Made by a program: the position numbers and the translations under genes
DNA from: Nemertoderma westbladi
Lineage: Eukaryota > Animalia > Xenacoelomorpha
Assembly (NCBI GenBank): GCA_032718475.1
Contig: JAUCBJ010001312.1
Span: forward strand, 1 to 52,045
Length of the DNA: 52,045 nt
Direction of reading: 5' to 3'
The notes under the pieces: generated by a model
Told to the model about the DNA's origin: nothing
Seen by the model: only the letters and a program-made list of their open reading frames with translations
Database searches by the model: none
Part shown: positions 50,831-52,045 of the stretch, one piece after another
How the letters are laid out: every line of letters begins with the position of its first letter
Position numbering within the stretch: position 1 is the stretch's first letter

Positions 50831-52045
50831 TAAAAAAAATTCGCTTTGTCCAATCACATAGCGTTCCTTGTGCATACTCTGTGGATAGAGGAGGGGAGGG
50901 GGGGGGGGTGGGGCTGGAGTGGTTAGCCTACCTTACCTACCCTATGCCTACACCTACACCCTACGGCCCTACACCTACAATACTCTATACAAACTGAGAT
51001 GTAATCGTTTGAGTATAATAAGAGAATATATAATGCATTAAGACTTAGGAGTATCCTATATAACTTTAAGCGATCATCAAAAAATATTAATTCGATTATT
51101 AAAATCTATATATTTGATCTTATTTACAATCATATTAGATAATTCATAATTATGAATTTATTAAAAATAATAAATTGTAAACTGTTTCTAATCGATTATT
51201 CGAAGACAAGAAACCATATATCTATCCAATAATTTCAGTTTTCTGCAAATTGAGGTAGTGTCGGGGGGTTGGGGTTGGTGGTTTATGTAAATGCAGTTTA
51301 ATTTTTGACAGTTTAATATTTTTTTTGTTCACTGCAAAAATGTACAAATGAAAATTTAAATACAGTACATATTGTCTGTACTACTGTATAAACAACTGTA
51401 GGTACTGTAACCTGAGATACTGTAGGTACTGTATAAATTATTCCCTTAGATAATTACTAAATTTTTTCCTTTGATTGAGTTTAAACTCCCCCCCCCCCCC
51501 CCCCCCCTCCCACCACCACCACCAGGTATAGCTCCTCCCATCATCATCTGCACAAACCGGTTCTTAGTGCATTACATTGAATGAGAGTTAATATTAAATA
51601 TAAATTTATATCGATTGTATCCATCCATGAATTTGTGTTTTGTTGTCATTAGATTATTTAAATTGTTGTTTTATCTTATTCTACTGTATTACAGTATGTA
51701 TCCTGGGCAATATCAAAAGTGTTATAATTGCAAAGTGCTTAATGTTGTTAGTATGTGTTGGTTAGTAGGTGTTGTTAGTTTGTTAATGTTGTAAATCATT
51801 TAATTATCAAAAACGTCATCGGGATGGCTTTAATTATGGTAAACTTGTGAAAGTTCATAAAAATTAAAACATCGTGCCATGATCGTTCATATTTTAGGTA
51901 CTGTACTGTATTGTTGATATAAATAAATGGACGTAAAACTGAATGAAAAGTGAACGATCATTATTGAATGTGTTGGTTCATATTTAATTACGTTCAACTA
52001 GTGATTAAAATTATTACATTATTTTAAAATTTCAAATTGGCTAAT

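Overview
AT-rich animal (probably marine invertebrate) genomic DNA, mostly nested transposable elements and tandem repeats. (1) 354-2170: a disrupted intronless ORF of unknown, possibly viral/Polinton-like origin, interrupted by a palindrome-bearing 111-bp insert. (2) ~4015-13830 (minus): a near-intact RTEX-like APE-RT non-LTR retrotransposon inside a TIR element. Its very large (~2050 aa) ORF1 combines two tandem-repeat blocks, a Ulp1/SENP-like (C48) cysteine protease domain, a coiled coil and a typical ORF1 C-terminal domain. This is the most unusual object in the window. (3) 15199-22452: a decayed IS3EU-like DNA transposon carrying convergent DDE-transposase and HECT E3-ligase pseudogenes. 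The HECT gene is split by a piggyBac element, and the transposase by a TIR element that looks like a perfectly spliceable intron (introner-like). (4) 26421-48045 (plus): part of a host gene with one EGF-like exon, five ShKT exons and a 21-nt microexon, all symmetric phase 1; one intron holds a 10.5-kb 34-bp satellite. Several MITEs, minisatellites, tRNA-like remnants and an RTE fragment fill the rest. All family calls come from motif recognition by eye; no searches were run.
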